Assembly (NCBI GenBank): GCA_965215335.1
Contig: CBDCDA010000001.1
Location: 1,440,001 to 1,504,000, forward strand
Length of the DNA: 64,000 nucleotides
Direction: 5' to 3'
Source: an uncultured Candidatus Entotheonella sp.
GTDB taxonomy: Bacteria; Tectomicrobia; Entotheonellia; Entotheonellales; Entotheonellaceae
The notes below the pieces were generated by a model, which had not been told where the DNA came from, searched no databases, and was given only the letters and a program-made list of their open reading frames with translations. Of this stretch, positions 62,514-64,000 are shown one piece after another (position 1 is the first letter of the stretch; each line of letters begins with the position of its first letter). Both the position numbers and the translations under genes were made by a program.

Positions 62514-64000
62514 ATGAGCGCTGCGGTGGTGTGGTTATTCGTGTTTGTGATCCTTTATTGGGTCTATTGCATCTACTGGGGGGTGAAGGGAGCCAAGACG
62601 GCCAGGACGGCCTCGGACTACTTCATCGCCGGGCGTTCGATTCCCCTGTGGGTGTTCGTGCTCGCCGCTACCGCCACGTCGTTCTCGGGCTGGACGTTCG
62701 TGGGCCATCCCGGCCTCGTCTACCGCGACGGCTTCCAATATGCCTACGCCTCGTTCTACGCCATTACCATCCCCTTCACCGGCCTGGTCTTCCTGAAACG
62801 CCAATGGATGCTCGGCAAGCGCTTCGGCTACGTGACGCCGGGCGAAATGTACGCCGACTACTTCCGTTCCGACCTGATGCGCCTCCTCACCGTGCTGGTG
62901 GCCCTGATCTTCTCCGTGCCCTACCTCGGCGTGCAGTTGCGCGCCTCCGGTTTCCTGTTCAACGTCCTCACCAACGACCTCTTCCCCGTCTGGCTCGGCA
63001 TGTGGCTGTTGTCGCTGGTGGTCATCATCTACGTCGCCTCGGGCGGCCTGCGGGCGGTGGCCTACGTGGATACGGTGCAGTGCATCCTGCTGGCGGTGGG
63101 CATCGTCGCCGTCGGGTTGATCACCCTGGGCTACGTCGGCGGCTTCGGCGCCCTGAACGAGGGCATCGCCAGGCTGGCGGAAATCGACACCAAGCGAACG
63201 CCGGCGGGGTACAGCCACTACGTCGCCATACCCGGGGTCATCCAGTTCGTGAAGGCGGGGCCCAGCGCCGTCGGCGGTGCCTGGACGGGTATCATGATCC
63301 TTACCTACATGTTCGCGCTCATGGGCATTCAGTCGGCACCGGCGTTCTCGATGTGGTCGTTCTCCAACCGCAATCCGCGTCCCTTCGCGCCGCAGCAGGT
63401 ATGGGCGTCGTCGTGTGGCATCGGCTTCATCCTGATCGTCTTCACGGCCATCCAGGGCATGGGGGCGCACCTGTTGGGCGCCGACAAGGCCATGCTCGAC
63501 GCCGCGCAGGTGGTGCAGGCCGCCGGGCAGCCCGCCGGGGTCGTCAACGACGTGCTGCAGTTGGGCCGCGACATCATGGACATGCCGGGCAAGCAGGGGT
63601 TCCTGGTGCCGGTGCTGATTCGCCTGATGAGCGCCGTGGCGCCGTGGCTCGTCGGCCTGCTGGCGGTGTGCGCGCTGGCGGCGATGCAGTCGACCGGCGC
63701 GGCGTACATGTCCACCGCAGCCGGCATGCTGACCCGCGATATCTACAAGCGCTTCTTCAGCCCCGACGCGACGCACGATGCGCAAAAGCTGCTCGGGCGC
63801 GTCGGCGTGGTGGTGATCACGGTTCTGGCCCTGGTCGTGGCGACCACCTCACGAGATGCCCTGGTGCTGCTCGGCGGTTTGGCGGTGGCCTACGGCTTCC
63901 AGATGTGGCCGGCGCTGATCGCCACCTGCTGGTGGCCGTGGCTGACGCGGCAAGGCGTTACGGTGGGGCTCGTCGCCGGTATCATTGCGGTGACGCTTAC
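62514..64000 (+). CDS. Sodium:solute symporter family protein, 3'-partial (absent from the ORF track because it has no stop in the window)
   Basis: MSAAVVWLFVFVILYW..DYFIAGRSIPLWVFVLAATATSFSGWTFVGHPG, GGLRAVAYVD, AAMQST. Confidence 0.92.
   Translation, partial: MSAAVVWLFVFVILYWVYCIYWGVKGAKTARTASDYFIAGRSIPLWVFVLAATATSFSGWTFVGHPGLVYRDGFQYAYASFYAITIPFTGLVFLKRQWMLGKRFGYVTPGEMYADYFRSDLMRLLTVLVALIFSVPYLGVQLRASGFLFNVLTNDLFPVWLGMWLLSLVVIIYVASGGLRAVAYVDTVQCILLAVGIVAVGLITLGYVGGFGALNEGIARLAEIDTKRTPAGYSHYVAIPGVIQFVKAGPSAVGGAWTGIMILTYMFALMGIQSAPAFSMWSFSNRNPRPFAPQQVWASSCGIGFILIVFTAIQGMGAHLLGADKAMLDAAQVVQAAGQPAGVVNDVLQLGRDIMDMPGKQGFLVPVLIRLMSAVAPWLVGLLAVCALAAMQSTGAAYMSTAAGMLTRDIYKRFFSPDATHDAQKLLGRVGVVVITVLALVVATTSRDALVLLGGLAVAYGFQMWPALIATCWWPWLTRQGVTVGLVAGIIAVTL

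Overview
High-GC bacterial chromosomal window that appears to span the replication origin. Lineage is uncertain; the gene content is reminiscent of Tectomicrobia/Nitrospinota-related or other deep-branching bacteria (inference only). The left ~22 kb is accessory or metabolic. It carries a selenocysteine-dependent glycine/sarcosine/betaine-reductase-type cluster (grdB with in-frame UGA350 plus a SECIS hairpin, a grdE/grdI-like gene lacking the pyruvoyl-forming Cys, and grdC). It also carries SDRs, a flavin monooxygenase, an amidase, a CoA transferase, pheS/pheT, a frameshifted IS481 element, REP-like palindromes and a decayed GmrSD-like fragment. From 22.5 to 40.2 kb lies an unusual co-oriented cell-cycle/DNA-damage supercluster: full-length dnaA-minCDE, lexA-radA-recA-mraZ, then nurA-(HAS-barrel-like)-herA-mre11/sbcD-rad50/sbcC-cobA-polX. 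The PolX has lost catalytic residues in both domains. The minus strand then holds recR-ybaB-dnaX, a large (Alu-type) SRP RNA, five tRNAs with tadA, and gyrA-gyrB-recF-dnaN. At the canonical dnaA position, next to a DnaA-box cluster (probable oriC), sits a second DnaA that lacks domains I-II and has altered ssDNA-binding and DnaA-box-recognition residues. The right end is rpmH-rnpA-yidD-yidC-mnmE-mnmG-rsmG, a DEDDh-WYL fusion, a CoA transferase and a partial sodium:solute symporter. The strongest novelty candidates are the two-DnaA system, the SOS-linked MraZ with the archaeal-type resection operon, and the hidden selenoprotein reductase.
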